Shown: positions 24,923-34,857, numbered from the stretch's first letter. The stretch is DNA of 41,563 nucleotides from an uncultured Bacilli bacterium (GCA_944350395.1 CALVPA010000077.1:1-41563); one strand, 5' to 3'. Notes: a model not told the origin generated them from the letters alone. Translations and numbers: made by a program.

Positions 24923-26644
24923 ATGAGTGATACTATTAAACTTCTATGCCTAACTTATGTTTTGCTCGCAATAGCAATTATAATAGTAGTGCTCATACTT
25001 ATGGGAAAACATAACAAAAAGAAATACGGTTACATATTAGATACTCTCGAAAGAGAGAAAAATCTTATAATTAATGCAAATATTTTAAGCGAATTAAACA
25101 AAGTTGAAAGCATGATAAACTCTAAGGAAATAGAGAATAAGTATGAGGAGTGGAAGAGAAGATTCGATGAGATAAAAAATGTTGATGTGCCTAACCTCAC
25201 CGACCATTTAATCGAAATTGAAGATTTGTTTGCAACTAAAAAATATAAAGAAATAGAACCTACGCTTGCAAAAGTCGAACTCAGTATTTATCACGTGAAG
25301 ACAAAAGCAAATTATTTGTTAGAGGAGATTAAAAACTTGACACTTAGTGAAGAGAGAAATAGAGAGACTGTCACGAAACTAAAGGGCAAATACAGAAATA
25401 TTTTGAGCATATATCACGACAATGAGAATACTTATGCTCTCATTAAAAAACCGATAGAACTTCAATTCGAGACGATCGATAAACTGTTTAGTGCATTTGA
25501 AATATCTATGGAAAAAAATTCTTTCAGCGAAGTAGCGAAGATAATTAAGGCACTCGACGACTCGATAAACAATCTAGATTTAGTAATAGACGAATCTCCC
25601 GAAATAATTTTACTCGGTGCAAGACTCATTCCTAAAAAGATGGTCGATATCGGAAACATATATAGCAAGATGTGTAAAGAAGGTTACAACTTAGACTACC
25701 TCAATATCGAATACAACATAAATGAAGCAGAGAAAAAGATTGCCGACATATTCGATAGACTTAACGTGTTAAATTTAGAAGACTCTACACTAGAATTAAA
25801 GACGATGTCCACTTATTTCGATGGAATCTACAACGATTTCGATAAAGAGAGACTTGCTAAGGCTTCGTTTAACGAAATAGGCAGAAGTATTGCACTTAAA
25901 ACAGCTAAATTATCTAAAATTGCAACCAATTTAAATAGGAGACTAGATGACATAAAACGTACCTATGAAATAACCAATGACGATGTAAGAGGTCTTAATA
26001 TAATAGAAGCATCTATTAAAGGAATCGAAGAAGACTACGATATGCTAGTTACGAGTGCAAGAAATAGATCTTTTGCTTTTTCTAAACTCAATAAGGATAT
26101 GCAAGATTTAAACGTAAGATTAACAAAAATAGAGGACAATCTAGATTCTATACTTAGACTTATAAACGGATTTAAAGAAGATGAACAAAGAGCACACGAT
26201 CAGTTAGATGAGATTAAAATAATACTAGCGAGCAGTAAAGAAAAGATTAATTCTTATAAACTTCCTGTAGTACCTAAGAAATACTATATAGAACTCAGCG
26301 AAGCAACTGAAGCGATAAATGAGATGATTAAAGAACTTGAGAAGAAACCTTTAAACATAGATGTCCTTAATACCCGAGTAGACACTGCTAGGGATTTGAC
26401 ACTAAAACTATATAAGACTACGAATGAGACAGTTAAGACTGCATCTATGAGTGAGCATGCAATAGTCTATGGTAACAGATATAGAGCAACTAATTCTAGA
26501 GTTGATGCAGGTTTAAATAAAGCTGAGAGTTTATTTTATAGGGGATGCTTTAAAGCAAGCTTGGAAGATGCTATAAATGCTATAAATATAGTAGAACCAG
26601 GAATACACGAAAGACTATTAAAAGACTGTAAAACAGGCGATTAA
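24923..26644 (+). CDS. ezrA: Septation ring formation regulator EzrA
   Basis: A single N-terminal TM (LLCLTYVLLAIAIIIVVLILMG) is followed by about 540 aa of coiled-coil repeats. The size and architecture are typical of EzrA. The start is taken at the ATG at 24923. Confidence 0.85.
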   Translation: MSDTIKLLCLTYVLLAIAIIIVVLILMGKHNKKKYGYILDTLEREKNLIINANILSELNKVESMINSKEIENKYEEWKRRFDEIKNVDVPNLTDHLIEIEDLFATKKYKEIEPTLAKVELSIYHVKTKANYLLEEIKNLTLSEERNRETVTKLKGKYRNILSIYHDNENTYALIKKPIELQFETIDKLFSAFEISMEKNSFSEVAKIIKALDDSINNLDLVIDESPEIILLGARLIPKKMVDIGNIYSKMCKEGYNLDYLNIEYNINEAEKKIADIFDRLNVLNLEDSTLELKTMSTYFDGIYNDFDKERLAKASFNEIGRSIALKTAKLSKIATNLNRRLDDIKRTYEITNDDVRGLNIIEASIKGIEEDYDMLVTSARNRSFAFSKLNKDMQDLNVRLTKIEDNLDSILRLINGFKEDEQRAHDQLDEIKIILASSKEKINSYKLPVVPKKYYIELSEATEAINEMIKELEKKPLNIDVLNTRVDTARDLTLKLYKTTNETVKTASMSEHAIVYGNRYRATNSRVDAGLNKAESLFYRGCFKASLEDAINAINIVEPGIHERLLKDCKTGD

Positions 26645-26672
26645 ATGAAAGATATAGACATATTATTATAGT

Positions 26673-27767
26673 ATGAAGAAATTTTTTATACTGATAATAT
26701 GTCTTTTACTATGCTCTTGTTCTTTTAATAGTCCAGTATTTAGAGAAGTTATCATCGATGAAGAAAAGCCTAATAGTACTAAGTTAACTCTTACGATGGA
26801 TGGTGATGCTTTAGTGCATTCTCCCATATATTTAGATGCTTATGAAAATGGAAGATATAACTTTGCTAAAATGTTTACAGAACTAGAAGATACGTTTAAA
26901 TCGAGTGATCTTATGTACTATAATCAGGAAACAATATTAGGAGGTAAAGAACTAGGGTACTCTGGATATCCCAGATTTAATACACCTGACGAATTCGGTA
27001 GCACTATGATATCTTTGGGTTTTAATATTGTAAGTAGAGCGAATAATCACACATTGGATAAGGGAGAGGCTGGTATACTACATTCTTGCAACTTTTGGAA
27101 CAAATATCCCGGCATACTTACAAACGGCAGTGCTTGTACACAAGATGAAAGAGAAAATCCGCGCATATTGGAAGCAAACGGTATAACGTATGCATTACTT
27201 AGCTACACAATATCGACTAATGGACTTGTAAGTCCAAACGATTACTATGTTAATATTTATAGCGACGAAAGAGTTAAAGATGATGTACAAAAGATAAGAG
27301 GCTCGTGCGATTTACTCTTAGTTAGTATGCACTGGGGAGATGAGTATAAATCTATTCCAAACGATGAACAAAAGCGTATAGCGAAATATTTAGCCGATTT
27401 AGATGTCGATATAGTGATTGGTACTCATCCACATATAATTGAACCTATCGAATGGATTAAAGACACATTAGTTATCTATTCTCTTGGAAATTTTATCTCT
27501 AACCAAAGCAAGACGAATGACTATAATCGTCTAATCGGATTACTCGTAAATGTCGATATTATAAAGACGAGCACTAAAGATAAATCGAGTGTCATTTTAG
27601 ATAATCTAAATTCGGAGTTGATATATACTAGTTATGAGAATAGCTCCAACTACAAAGTTATACCTTTTTCTAAGTTAGATGACTCTATTTTAAAAGATTA
27701 TAAATCCTATAAGATTAAATATGAATCGATAATTAAATACTATGATCAAAACATAATTACAAAATAA
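26673..27767 (+). CDS. CapA/PGA_cap-family metallophosphatase-like lipoprotein
   Basis: Lipoprotein signal MKKFFILIICLLLCSC. Conserved blocks are MDGDALVH, VSRANNHTLD, VSMHWGDEY, GTHPHI and SLGNFISNQ. Confidence 0.75.
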   Translation: MKKFFILIICLLLCSCSFNSPVFREVIIDEEKPNSTKLTLTMDGDALVHSPIYLDAYENGRYNFAKMFTELEDTFKSSDLMYYNQETILGGKELGYSGYPRFNTPDEFGSTMISLGFNIVSRANNHTLDKGEAGILHSCNFWNKYPGILTNGSACTQDERENPRILEANGITYALLSYTISTNGLVSPNDYYVNIYSDERVKDDVQKIRGSCDLLLVSMHWGDEYKSIPNDEQKRIAKYLADLDVDIVIGTHPHIIEPIEWIKDTLVIYSLGNFISNQSKTNDYNRLIGLLVNVDIIKTSTKDKSSVILDNLNSELIYTSYENSSNYKVIPFSKLDDSILKDYKSYKIKYESIIKYYDQNIITK

Positions 27768-27851
27768 ATTATAAAATGTTATAAGAGATGTAAGAAAAAT
27801 ATTTGTAATAATTTTTAGGTATGATATACTATAAGGGTAGGTGAGTTTTAT

Positions 27852-28985
27852 ATGATATATTTAGATTATTCAGCGACTACTCCAGTAAGTAAAGAAGTTT
27901 TAGATAGTTACATAAAGGTTACCAAGGAATATATTGGTAACCCTAATTCTCTACATTCTCTAGGAGAAAAGTCACATGAACTTATGGAAAGTGCAACTAA
28001 ACAGATATGTGATATTTTAGATATAGATGAAAAGGAAATTATTTATACTAGTGGATCAACTGAAGCAAACAATTTAGCAATTATAGGTTATGCTCTTAAA
28101 AATTCTAAACGAGGAAAGAACATAGTAGTATCTAAATTAGAGCATCCTTCTATCTATGGAATATGCGATTACTTAAAGACTTTTGGCTTTACAATTACGT
28201 ATGTAGATAACAATGAGGAAGGATTAATAGATTTCGAGGATTTAAAGAACAAGGTTAAATCCGATACTATACTAGTGAGTATCGTAGCAGTAAACAGTGA
28301 GGTGGGCATCAGACAGCCTCTCAAAACTTTGAGACAGATAATTAAAAAACAAAACGAAAATACAGTATTCCATTCCGATATGACTCAGGCAGTTGGAAAG
28401 GTGAACATAAATTTACACGACGTAGATATGGCTTCACTTTCGAGTCATAAGATATATGGCCCTAAAGGTATAGGAATGCTTTATAAGAATGAAAAGATAA
28501 ATGTCGAACCTATAATTCACGGAGCAGATAACTCACTAAGAGGTGGTACTCCAAGTCTTCCTCTCATCGTAGCTTTTTCTAAAGCACTTAGAATAGCTGT
28601 TACAAACTGTTCTAAAAACGAGAGTGTAGTCAAACTTTTAAATGAAAAATTATCGAGTACAATTTCAAAATATCCTAAGATTAAAATAAATAAGACTGCT
28701 TATTCGATTCCACATATATTTAATATAAGTCTAATGAACATTAAACCGGAAACATTCATTCACGCTCTAGAGAAAAGAGACATATATGTAGGTAGCAATA
28801 CTGCATGTTCTAAAGGAGGCATCTCTAGTACACTTATGGCTTTATACAGCGATAAAACTAGAGCGCTAACTTCCATTCGCATATGTCTTTCTCATTTGAC
28901 AAGTTTCGACGACATAAATAAATTTTTATATTCGTTCGACATAGTCTATAATAAGTTATCAGAATTAGGTGATAAGCTTGAATAA
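27852..28985 (+). CDS. Cysteine desulfurase (class V aminotransferase, NifS/NifZ/IscS-like) partner of ThiI
   Basis: The N-terminus is IYLDYSATTP. The PLP-Lys motif is SSHKIYGPKGIG, and the active-site Cys loop is GSNTACSKG. The gene is 3'-overlapped by thiI. Confidence 0.88.
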   Translation: MIYLDYSATTPVSKEVLDSYIKVTKEYIGNPNSLHSLGEKSHELMESATKQICDILDIDEKEIIYTSGSTEANNLAIIGYALKNSKRGKNIVVSKLEHPSIYGICDYLKTFGFTITYVDNNEEGLIDFEDLKNKVKSDTILVSIVAVNSEVGIRQPLKTLRQIIKKQNENTVFHSDMTQAVGKVNINLHDVDMASLSSHKIYGPKGIGMLYKNEKINVEPIIHGADNSLRGGTPSLPLIVAFSKALRIAVTNCSKNESVVKLLNEKLSSTISKYPKIKINKTAYSIPHIFNISLMNIKPETFIHALEKRDIYVGSNTACSKGGISSTLMALYSDKTRALTSIRICLSHLTSFDDINKFLYSFDIVYNKLSELGDKLE

Positions 28986-30159
28986 ACTCATAATAATAAA
29001 ATATGGAGAACTGACGACTAAAAAGGGAAATATCAAATTTTTTATAAAGACTCTCAAGAAAAATATTGACTGTGCTTTAGAAGGTTTAGATTACAAGATT
29101 GAATATGATAACGGTAGAATGTTCATATTCTCAAACGATTTAGACGAGATAGAAAAAAGGCTTAGATACATCTTTGGAATACACGAGATAATAATTGGCT
29201 ACGAATACGACTCTATAGATATAGAAGATTTAAAGAAAAATTTGATAGAGTTAATTAAGAATAAAGAATTAGATACTTTTAAAGTCGAGACGAAGAGAAG
29301 CTATAAAGGTTATCCTATTACGAGCATGGAAGTTAGTAGAATTTTAGGTGGTGTAGTACTCGCAAATGCACATGGTGCAAAGGTCGATGTACATAATCCA
29401 AAGACAGTTATAGATGTAGAAATAAGATTCAATAAAGCTTACATATATTTTGGAGGAGAAAGTGGATTACACGGTTATCCTCTAGGAGTGCAGGGTAAAG
29501 GATTGCTCATGTTAAGTGGAGGAATAGATTCTCCTGTTTCAGGATATCTTGCGATGAAGAGGGGAATCAGAATCGAATGCATTTATTTTGAAAGTCCTCC
29601 TCATACGAGCGATGCTGCTAAAGAAAAGGTAAAATCTCTAGTACGAATTTTATCTAAATATTCGGGTTATATAAAATTACACGTGATAAATTTTACTGAA
29701 ATACAGGAAGAAATCTATAAAAATATATCACACGAATATTTGATCACGATAATGAGAAGAATGATGTACAGAATAAGTGAGAGAATAGCTCACAAGAATA
29801 ACTGTAAAATCATCATAAATGGCGAATCTATAGGACAAGTTGCAAGTCAAACACTTACGAGTATGAGTGTCATAAACGAGACAATAAGAATGCCCGTCAT
29901 AAGACCGGTCGCATGTCTCGATAAACTCGAAATAATAGACATTGCTAAAAAAATAGATACTTATGAGACGAGCATACTTCCGTATGAAGACTGCTGCACT
30001 ATTTTTGTTCCGGATCATCCAGTAATTAATCCTGAGTTAAATAAGTGCGTAGAATATGAGAAACTCATAGATTGGCCTTTACTAATCGATAAAGCGATTT
30101 CAAACGAAGAAGTAATAAAGATTACAAAAGAGAACGAAAACTTTAAAGATTTACTGTAA
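28969..30159 (+). CDS. thiI: tRNA 4-thiouridine(8) synthase ThiI (no rhodanese domain)
   Basis: N-terminal IKYGELTTKKGN, a THUMP region and the PP-loop SGGIDSPV. The start is GTG 28969 or TTG 28978, and either overlaps the desulfurase stop. Confidence 0.9.
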   Translation: MISLNKLIIIKYGELTTKKGNIKFFIKTLKKNIDCALEGLDYKIEYDNGRMFIFSNDLDEIEKRLRYIFGIHEIIIGYEYDSIDIEDLKKNLIELIKNKELDTFKVETKRSYKGYPITSMEVSRILGGVVLANAHGAKVDVHNPKTVIDVEIRFNKAYIYFGGESGLHGYPLGVQGKGLLMLSGGIDSPVSGYLAMKRGIRIECIYFESPPHTSDAAKEKVKSLVRILSKYSGYIKLHVINFTEIQEEIYKNISHEYLITIMRRMMYRISERIAHKNNCKIIINGESIGQVASQTLTSMSVINETIRMPVIRPVACLDKLEIIDIAKKIDTYETSILPYEDCCTIFVPDHPVINPELNKCVEYEKLIDWPLLIDKAISNEEVIKITKENENFKDLL

Positions 30160-30180
30160 ATATTGCAAAATTCGACAAAA

Positions 30181-30210
30181 AAATCATATTCATGAGAGTA
30201 TGATTTTTTT
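30181..30210 (+). terminator. Rho-independent terminator after thiI, abutting the next gene's RBS
   Basis: AAATCATA(30181-88)/TATGATTT(30199-206) plus T-run to 30210. AGGTGA follows at 30211. Confidence 0.6.
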
Positions 30211-30220
30211 AGGTGATGTC

Positions 30221-30625
30221 ATGCGAACATTTTATATTTTTAAGATAAATAGAGAATTCAAAACTATCACTAGAAATAAACCTTATAATCTATATTTAGC
30301 TCTGGACAACATTCATTCGATGAATAGTGAAAACGTTTCTTTAGCATACAAGTTATTCGATGAAATATGCGACATGCCAAATACTAAAGAGTTAAACTTG
30401 ACTATATTTAACGAATATAAAGATAGCGATTATTACATAAAATTTAACAATAATCACCTCATCAATAATTACTATACGACAGAAAACTCTAAGTTAACTA
30501 TAAATAAGACTTATCTAAAACTCAAAAGTAGTTTAAATAATCCAACCTTTTTTAAAGCTCTTAAAAATATACCCAATTTATTCGTCATAGACTTCGCTTC
30601 TAAAGACTATTTTTGGTTGTCATGA
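30221..30625 (+). CDS. SirA (YneE)-like protein, putative sporulation inhibitor of replication
   Basis: The N-terminus MRTFYIFKINREF resembles the Bacillus SirA N-terminus as I remember it. The C-terminus LFVIDFASKDYFWLS resembles SirA FLAMDFNSKRYGWL. Synteny with yneF immediately downstream matches B. subtilis yneE-yneF. Confidence 0.5.
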   Translation: MRTFYIFKINREFKTITRNKPYNLYLALDNIHSMNSENVSLAYKLFDEICDMPNTKELNLTIFNEYKDSDYYIKFNNNHLINNYYTTENSKLTINKTYLKLKSSLNNPTFFKALKNIPNLFVIDFASKDYFWLS

Positions 30626-30668
30626 ATTATATTTTCTAGTATAATTAAGTCGAGGGAGATGAATTTAT

Positions 30669-30881
30669 ATGTGGCAAGATATACTATTAGTTATAATTGG
30701 ATTATTAGTAGGTTTAATAGCAGGATTCTTTTTTGCTAGAAAATATATGAAAAAATACTTAAGACAAAATCCACCGATCAATGAAAAGATGATCGAAGCG
30801 ATGATGAGCAGTATGGGCAGAAAACCTAGCCAAAAGCAAGTAAAACAAGTCATGGCTCAAATGAACAGATTTAATAAATAA
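30669..30881 (+). CDS. yneF: UPF0154 family small membrane protein YneF
   Basis: 70 aa with one TM ([19 protein letters not shown]) followed by [39 protein letters not shown], the hallmark of the family. Confidence 0.85.
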   Translation: MWQDILLVIIGLLVGLIAGFFFARKYMKKYLRQNPPINEKMIEAMMSSMGRKPSQKQVKQVMAQMNRFNK

Positions 30882-30883
30882 TT

Positions 30884-30916
30884 AAAACTCTTCCGAAGTT
30901 TATGGAAGAGTTTTTT
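30884..30916. terminator. Bidirectional terminator between yneF and add
   Basis: AAAACTCTTCC(30884-94)/GGAAGAGTTTT(30904-14), an 11-bp stem. The add stop codon lies in the loop. Confidence 0.75.
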
Positions 30917-31883
30917 CATAGTTTTCTTTAAGTATTTCTTTGAGTTCTTTTTTTTCTAAATCGCTCAAAAATGAATGATCTAAAGAAATTAGGTTTGATT
31001 TGTAGAAGTCTTGTGTATCAAATCCGAAGTATTTGCTTAGTTTAGCATATTCTTTGCTAAGAGTAGTATCTGATACTGTTCTATTATCGGTATTAATAGT
31101 TATCTCTACACCTGAATCGATGAGCCTTTTTATCGGGTGATCTAGGTAACTTTGTACTGCTTTTGTGTTTACGTTGCTCGTAAGACATATCTCCAAGGGG
31201 ATATTTTTTTTCTTTAGATTTTCCATCGTATCAAAATTCGTAATAGCTTTTATACCATGACCAATTCTAGAAGCACCGAATGATATTGCATCATCGATAT
31301 CAGTGTGCGAACCCGCTTCGCCAGCATGAACGGTAAAAGGAACATTATTTTTTCTAGCATACTCGAATAATTCTTTAAATTCACTTGTAGGATAATTTTC
31401 TTCAGATCCAGCTAAATCGATTGCACAAACTCCTTTGCCGAGATATTTTTTGGCAGCATCTATCACTTTTTTGTTATCTTCAAAACTCATATTTCTCATC
31501 ATACAGAGGATCAGATTAAACTTTAAAAATGTCCTTTTGGCACCCTTAAGTACAGTATCGATGACATCATCTATTTCTAGATTTTTTGATGTATGTAAGA
31601 TTGGTGCAAAACGTATTTCAGCGTAGATGCAATTGTCTTTTATGAGGTCTTCACAAAGTTCGAAGGCTGCTTCTTTTAAATGGCTTTTTGTTTGGAGAAG
31701 AGAGACGGGCAGTTCAAAAAGTTTTAGATAATCGTTTAGATCTTTAGTTTTACTTCCCGATACTAATAGTTCTTTAACTTTATCTTCTTGCTTTCCTGTC
31801 CACTCAGAAACTGTTTCTATTCTCAAAGAACCATCTAAGTGACAGTGCAGTTCTATCTTTTTTAATTTGTCATACTTTCCCAT
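30900..31883 (-). CDS. add: Adenosine deaminase
   Basis: Metal ligand motifs ELHCHLDGS, FTVHAGE and ITINTDN. Confidence 0.92.
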   Translation of the reverse strand: MGKYDKLKKIELHCHLDGSLRIETVSEWTGKQEDKVKELLVSGSKTKDLNDYLKLFELPVSLLQTKSHLKEAAFELCEDLIKDNCIYAEIRFAPILHTSKNLEIDDVIDTVLKGAKRTFLKFNLILCMMRNMSFEDNKKVIDAAKKYLGKGVCAIDLAGSEENYPTSEFKELFEYARKNNVPFTVHAGEAGSHTDIDDAISFGASRIGHGIKAITNFDTMENLKKKNIPLEICLTSNVNTKAVQSYLDHPIKRLIDSGVEITINTDNRTVSDTTLSKEYAKLSKYFGFDTQDFYKSNLISLDHSFLSDLEKKELKEILKENYEKTLP

Positions 31884-31884
31884 A

Positions 31885-32598
31885 TCATCTAATTATGGCA
31901 TCCAAAGCGAGTTTTATCATATCGTTTAGAGATGTTTCCCTTTCTTCAGTGGTAAGATTTATATTTGGCGTAAATTTGCTATCCACTATTGTGAGTATTG
32001 AAGCTGTCTTAATCCCCGTTATTTTACCGATATAGTAAAGAGCAAACGTTTCCATCTCGCTAGCGAGTGGATCTGTAAATGCGAGTCTTGCTAGAGTAGG
32101 AGTGATGTCACTGTATACATCAAAAACGTCACTTGTTAAAATAGGTCCAAAGTGCACATTTATATTGTCATCTTTAGTTGTCTTTATATCTTCAATTAGT
32201 GAACTATCTGCATATTGAGTGTCACTATTATCTCCTCCAAATGATAATGCAAATGTACTAAGACTTTTCGCACATTCGGCAACGACTAAATCACGCACCT
32301 TTATATCACTATTCAAGGCTCCTGCACTACCTATCCTTATAATCTTTTTTACTCCATAAAATTTGGCAAGTTCGTATGAATATATTCCCATACTTGGTAT
32401 ACCCATACCAGAACCTATGACTGTAACTTTCTTGCCTTTGTAAGTACCCGTATATCCGAGCATATTTCTCACTTCATTTACAAGATTAGAACCTTCTAAA
32501 AAGTTTTCTGCAATATATTTTGCTCTTAGAGGATCTCCTGGCATCAATACTAATTCACTTATATTTTCTTTATCAGTTACTATGTGTACTGGGTTCAT
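31885..32598 (-). CDS. deoD: Purine nucleoside phosphorylase, DeoD type
   Basis: LMPGDPLRAKYIAENFL...VRNMLGYTGTYKGKKVTVIGSGMGIPS...SEMETFALY. Its stop lies 1 nt before the add start. Confidence 0.92.
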   Translation of the reverse strand: MNPVHIVTDKENISELVLMPGDPLRAKYIAENFLEGSNLVNEVRNMLGYTGTYKGKKVTVIGSGMGIPSMGIYSYELAKFYGVKKIIRIGSAGALNSDIKVRDLVVAECAKSLSTFALSFGGDNSDTQYADSSLIEDIKTTKDDNINVHFGPILTSDVFDVYSDITPTLARLAFTDPLASEMETFALYYIGKITGIKTASILTIVDSKFTPNINLTTEERETSLNDMIKLALDAIIR

Positions 32599-32627
32599 TT
32601 ATTATCACATCCTAAAAAAAATTATAA

Positions 32628-32652
32628 CAAAAAAGACTAGTTTGTTCTAGTC
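32628..32652 (-). terminator. Rho-independent terminator after the gatD-like gene (minus strand)
   Basis: In the minus-strand sense, GACTAG-aacaaa-CTAGTC is followed by TTTTTTG. A TTATAAT then follows, serving deoD. Confidence 0.55.
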
Positions 32653-33357
32653 CAAATTACTGTTCGTGATAAAATTATACACGTATTCTCGATAAGCTTT
32701 AAATTCGATAGTATCATCGATTACTTTGTATTCGTAGTTCTTCTCTTTAAATAAGATTTCCAGCATATAATTTGTAAAATAGGGATTTCTTATTAAGACA
32801 GGGCCTACAAAATTCATTCCAAAGAAATTGTTGTGACGAAAGTTATCTGAAAACTTAAACATGCGTTCGTCATTATGAATAATGTTGCAACTGCAGTTTT
32901 TAAAGCCTACGATATTTCTTCCTTTATCTTCGGATAATTCATCGAATTCGTAGAATAAGTCGCTAACTAATCTTCTATTTTCTTCTCTAGCTTGATAGTC
33001 AAATATTCCGAGAGTGTTTACCGATGAACCATTTTGACACTTAATCTTTTTACCAAATAGTTCCATAGCATTTCCCGTAGCTAAGAACATCTTACCGTTT
33101 TCAACTGCTTTTTTGATGTCTTCTTTATAATTGATGAGATCTTCTAAAACAATCTTTTGATTTTCTTCTGAACCTTCTCCGATATAATAAAAATCGTATT
33201 TTTCAAAGTCTATTTTATCGCCAATCGTTAAAAAGTGTATCTCGGCTAGGACACCCTGTTTTTCGATAAATCTTTTGAGTGCCTTCACGTTACCAGATTC
33301 TCCGTATAGATTCATTAAATCGTAATATAAATGTGCTATCTTAATTATTTTCTTCAT
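32647..33357 (-). CDS. gatD: GatD-like (CobQ-type glutamine amidotransferase) subunit of lipid II isoglutaminyl synthase, lacking catalytic Cys and His
   Basis: It aligns without gaps to the remembered S. aureus GatD blocks: FYYIGEGSE vs FFIGGGSD, NRRLVSD vs NRLTGD, IVGFKN vs IVGFEN. The nucleophile position reads LATGNAMELFGKK (vs LTICGGYQFLGKK). The His position reads GMNFVGPVL (vs GTYLHGPIL). It overlaps murT by 17 nt. Confidence 0.75.
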   Translation of the reverse strand: MKKIIKIAHLYYDLMNLYGESGNVKALKRFIEKQGVLAEIHFLTIGDKIDFEKYDFYYIGEGSEENQKIVLEDLINYKEDIKKAVENGKMFLATGNAMELFGKKIKCQNGSSVNTLGIFDYQAREENRRLVSDLFYEFDELSEDKGRNIVGFKNCSCNIIHNDERMFKFSDNFRHNNFFGMNFVGPVLIRNPYFTNYMLEILFKEKNYEYKVIDDTIEFKAYREYVYNFITNSNLD

Positions 33358-34690
33358 GGATTTTCTCCTTTAACATTTTAGTAATTATCTCGGTCATGTC
33401 GAAACATACCATCGTAAATATTTTCCCTTTGCTATCTTTTTCGACCATATCGATAAGTTCATCTAAGTTTTCTACTAAAACTATTTTTTCTTTATCTATA
33501 TCGGCATAATCTAATCTCGTTGCCACGTCATATTTAAATCTTCCAATACAAAATATTTTATCTATATTTTCATCTTTTAATAATTCGAAATTTACATCCC
33601 ATAGCCAAGACAGATCGTTGTATTTATATCTTCTGCTGACGTTTTCAAATCCCATGATTACGGTCTTTTTGCCGTCTTGATTTTTAATGTAGTTTAAAGA
33701 TTGCAAGTAACTTAGAGCATTTTCATTTTTTGATTCGATAAGTTCTACTGGTCTACCATCTAGTTCGTATGTTTTCATTCTCTTACTTTGCATGACGTCT
33801 ACGTTTATAGCTTTTTCGATTTCTTGTTCACTTAATCCGATTGTACGAGCAAGGGCATAAGAAGCTAAAGTATAGTAGACAGCAAAGAAAACTTTTTTAT
33901 TCAGTTTAAATTCTATTCCATTTATTTTGAATACCGCTTTACTTAAATCTATGTCTTCTGCTTGATAGTCAGGTTTACCTCTATCGAAATCGCATTTAGG
34001 ACATTCATAAGAGCCTAAGTGTCCATAATGATAATACTCGTATTTTAGTTTCGTGTGGCATTTAGGACAATACGCAAAATCGACTGCATAAGTAGGTGTA
34101 GTAGTGCTCGAATATTTAGTCTTGTCAATTCCATATGTCGTAACTGGACCACTATGACTCATCCTTGCACGGTTTAAAAGAGGATCATCTATATTTAATA
34201 TTAAATGCACATTCTTATCTACACTTTCCATTATTTTATCGTATATTATTTCGGGATGAATATTTCTTGCGGGTTGATCTCTCGTTATATTTGTTATTAC
34301 CATGTGCGTTATGATTCCCTTTTTAAAAGTGCTAGATATATATCTCTCATCCATTTCTAAAAGTAAAATGTCGGCATCGACTATGTGAGTAAAACTGTTA
34401 GTATTATTTAAAACGAGTGTAACTATTGCGTTTTTTATGTTACTTCCGCTTTTATTCCATAACACTTTTTTACCGCTATTTTCTAATATGTGTGCGAGCA
34501 TACTCACAGTAGATCCTTTGCCACTTGAACCCGTTACGACAACTACATACTTCGGATATTTTATATTATCTAAAGCATTTTTATCGAATCTGTTGACACA
34601 CTCTCCTGGAAAAACAGTGCCGTTTCTTCTAAACAGTTTGCATGCAAGTGTGGCTAACTTGCAAATCCATATACTAAATGTCGTTTTCAT
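33341..34690 (-). CDS. murT: MurT, Mur-ligase-family subunit of lipid II isoglutaminyl synthase
   Basis: P-loop TGSSGKGST, EMDE, NITRDQ and LNIDDP. A Cys4 ribbon is formed by CPKCH...CPKCD. The C-terminal DUF1727-like block is DLSWLWDVNFE. Confidence 0.85.
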   Translation of the reverse strand: MKTTFSIWICKLATLACKLFRRNGTVFPGECVNRFDKNALDNIKYPKYVVVVTGSSGKGSTVSMLAHILENSGKKVLWNKSGSNIKNAIVTLVLNNTNSFTHIVDADILLLEMDERYISSTFKKGIITHMVITNITRDQPARNIHPEIIYDKIMESVDKNVHLILNIDDPLLNRARMSHSGPVTTYGIDKTKYSSTTTPTYAVDFAYCPKCHTKLKYEYYHYGHLGSYECPKCDFDRGKPDYQAEDIDLSKAVFKINGIEFKLNKKVFFAVYYTLASYALARTIGLSEQEIEKAINVDVMQSKRMKTYELDGRPVELIESKNENALSYLQSLNYIKNQDGKKTVIMGFENVSRRYKYNDLSWLWDVNFELLKDENIDKIFCIGRFKYDVATRLDYADIDKEKIVLVENLDELIDMVEKDSKGKIFTMVCFDMTEIITKMLKEKIHEENN

Positions 34691-34807
34691 AAAATCACCG
34701 CCCTCATTATACCATTAAGCGCTTTAAAATACTAGATTATGAGAAAAATAACATCTGTATCTGTAAAATAATATTAGAGAGTAAAGAGTTTTGGGTAGGG
34801 AAAATGT

Positions 34808-34836
34808 TTGACAAACAAATATGGGTAGTTTAAAAT
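34808..34836 (+). promoter_or_regulatory. Sigma-A promoter of recA
   Basis: TTGACA (34808-13), 17-nt spacer, TAAAAT (34831-36). Confidence 0.6.
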
Positions 34837-34857
34837 TAAAATTATATGGGAGGTATT

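Noticed and set aside
34691-34857. A LexA (Cheo) box upstream of recA.
   Set aside because: No GAAC-N4-GTTC-like sequence, and not even a GAAC or GTTC half-site, occurs in the spacer.
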